This document shows, in pieces, positions 59,860 to 60,212 of a stretch of DNA of 60,212 bases. The DNA comes from an uncultured Bacilli bacterium (GTDB taxonomy: Bacteria > Bacillota_I > Bacilli_A > RF39 > UBA660). The notes under the pieces are model-generated. The model was not told the DNA's origin, did not search any database, and saw nothing but the letters and a program-made list of their open reading frames with translations. The stretch lies in contig CAJTUR010000004.1 in assembly GCA_910579535.1 (NCBI GenBank), forward strand, positions 1 through 60,212, in the 5' to 3' direction. Position numbers and translations under genes: made by a program. Positions within the stretch are counted from its first letter, which is position 1, and the number at the start of each line of letters is the position of its first letter.

Positions 59860-60212
59860 ATGCAAAAAAGAGGATTTACATTAGTAGAGCTAATAGCGGT
59901 GATTGTGGTATTAGGAATAATCATAATGTTAGCTATATCAACATTTAAGAATGTAGGAAATCGAGTAAAAAAGGAAGCGTATCAAAATAAAGTCAATTTA
60001 ATTAAAACAAAAGCAAGTGATTACGCTAGTGCAACAAAAGTTCTAGTTACTAATGTGGATCGATTGGTAAAAAAAGGATATTTAAATGCAGATAATGAAA
60101 ATGGAGATGTTATTAATCCAGTAGATGGAAGTCGAATGAATTGTAAAATTGTTACGATGTACAAAAATGAAGGAAACTACTATGCGGATTATGTAGAAGA
60201 TGAATCAAAAGA
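59860..60212 (+). CDS. type IV pilin / competence pseudopilin-like prepilin (3'-truncated by the window end)
   Basis: AAAGGAAGAG RBS. MQKRG-FTLVELIAVIVVLGIIIMLAISTF is a class-A prepilin cleavage/methylation motif. Open to the last base; not in the ORF track. Confidence 0.8.
   Translation, partial: MQKRGFTLVELIAVIVVLGIIIMLAISTFKNVGNRVKKEAYQNKVNLIKTKASDYASATKVLVTNVDRLVKKGYLNADNENGDVINPVDGSRMNCKIVTMYKNEGNYYADYVEDESK

Overview
This is a strongly AT-rich, standard-code (TGA = stop, TGG = Trp) chromosomal contig from a spore-forming Bacillota. All calls come from reading motifs by eye; no searches were run.

Most of the window is conserved housekeeping:
- trxA, an NfeD/SPFH pair, and priA.
- The fmt-rlmN-stp-prkC-rsgA-rpe block.
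- rnhB, an LtaS-like synthase, topA, recD2 and mutS.
- nusB-xseA-xseB-proS.
- A minus-strand SPOR-radC-mreC-mreD-spoIVFA-like-spoIVFB-like block with spoIVB next to it.
- rplU-prp-rpmA, trmB, obg and def.
- A YjcZ-type sporulation peptide, an ftsW/rodA/spoVE-family gene, and comEA-comEC.

Non-core content:
1. A truncated IS110-family transposase sits at the left edge. The untranslated region upstream of it is where a bridge RNA would lie.
2. A self-contained bicistron (41150-43055) encodes an atypical zinc-ribbon-bearing Pol-beta-type nucleotidyltransferase plus a PHP phosphoesterase. It carries an in-frame G10 tract and is my best candidate for an undescribed system.
3. A second G10 tract lies in a YdeN-type hydrolase gene.
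4. Two unknown genes are translationally coupled to mutS where mutL is expected.
5. A decaying accessory island (about 16.9-21.3 kb) holds a membrane-anchored XRE regulator, two secreted proteins (one a C39-like cysteine peptidase) and two frameshifted genes.
6. A frameshifted Fic/Doc gene has a His-to-Gln change in its motif.
7. The rpmA-obg interval carries insertions.
8. A tandem intact/decayed paralogue pair lies upstream of a Gram-positive Flp/Tad pilus locus that has no prepilin peptidase.
9. A prepilin gene with its own promoter runs off the right edge.

No tRNA, rRNA or CRISPR array was seen.
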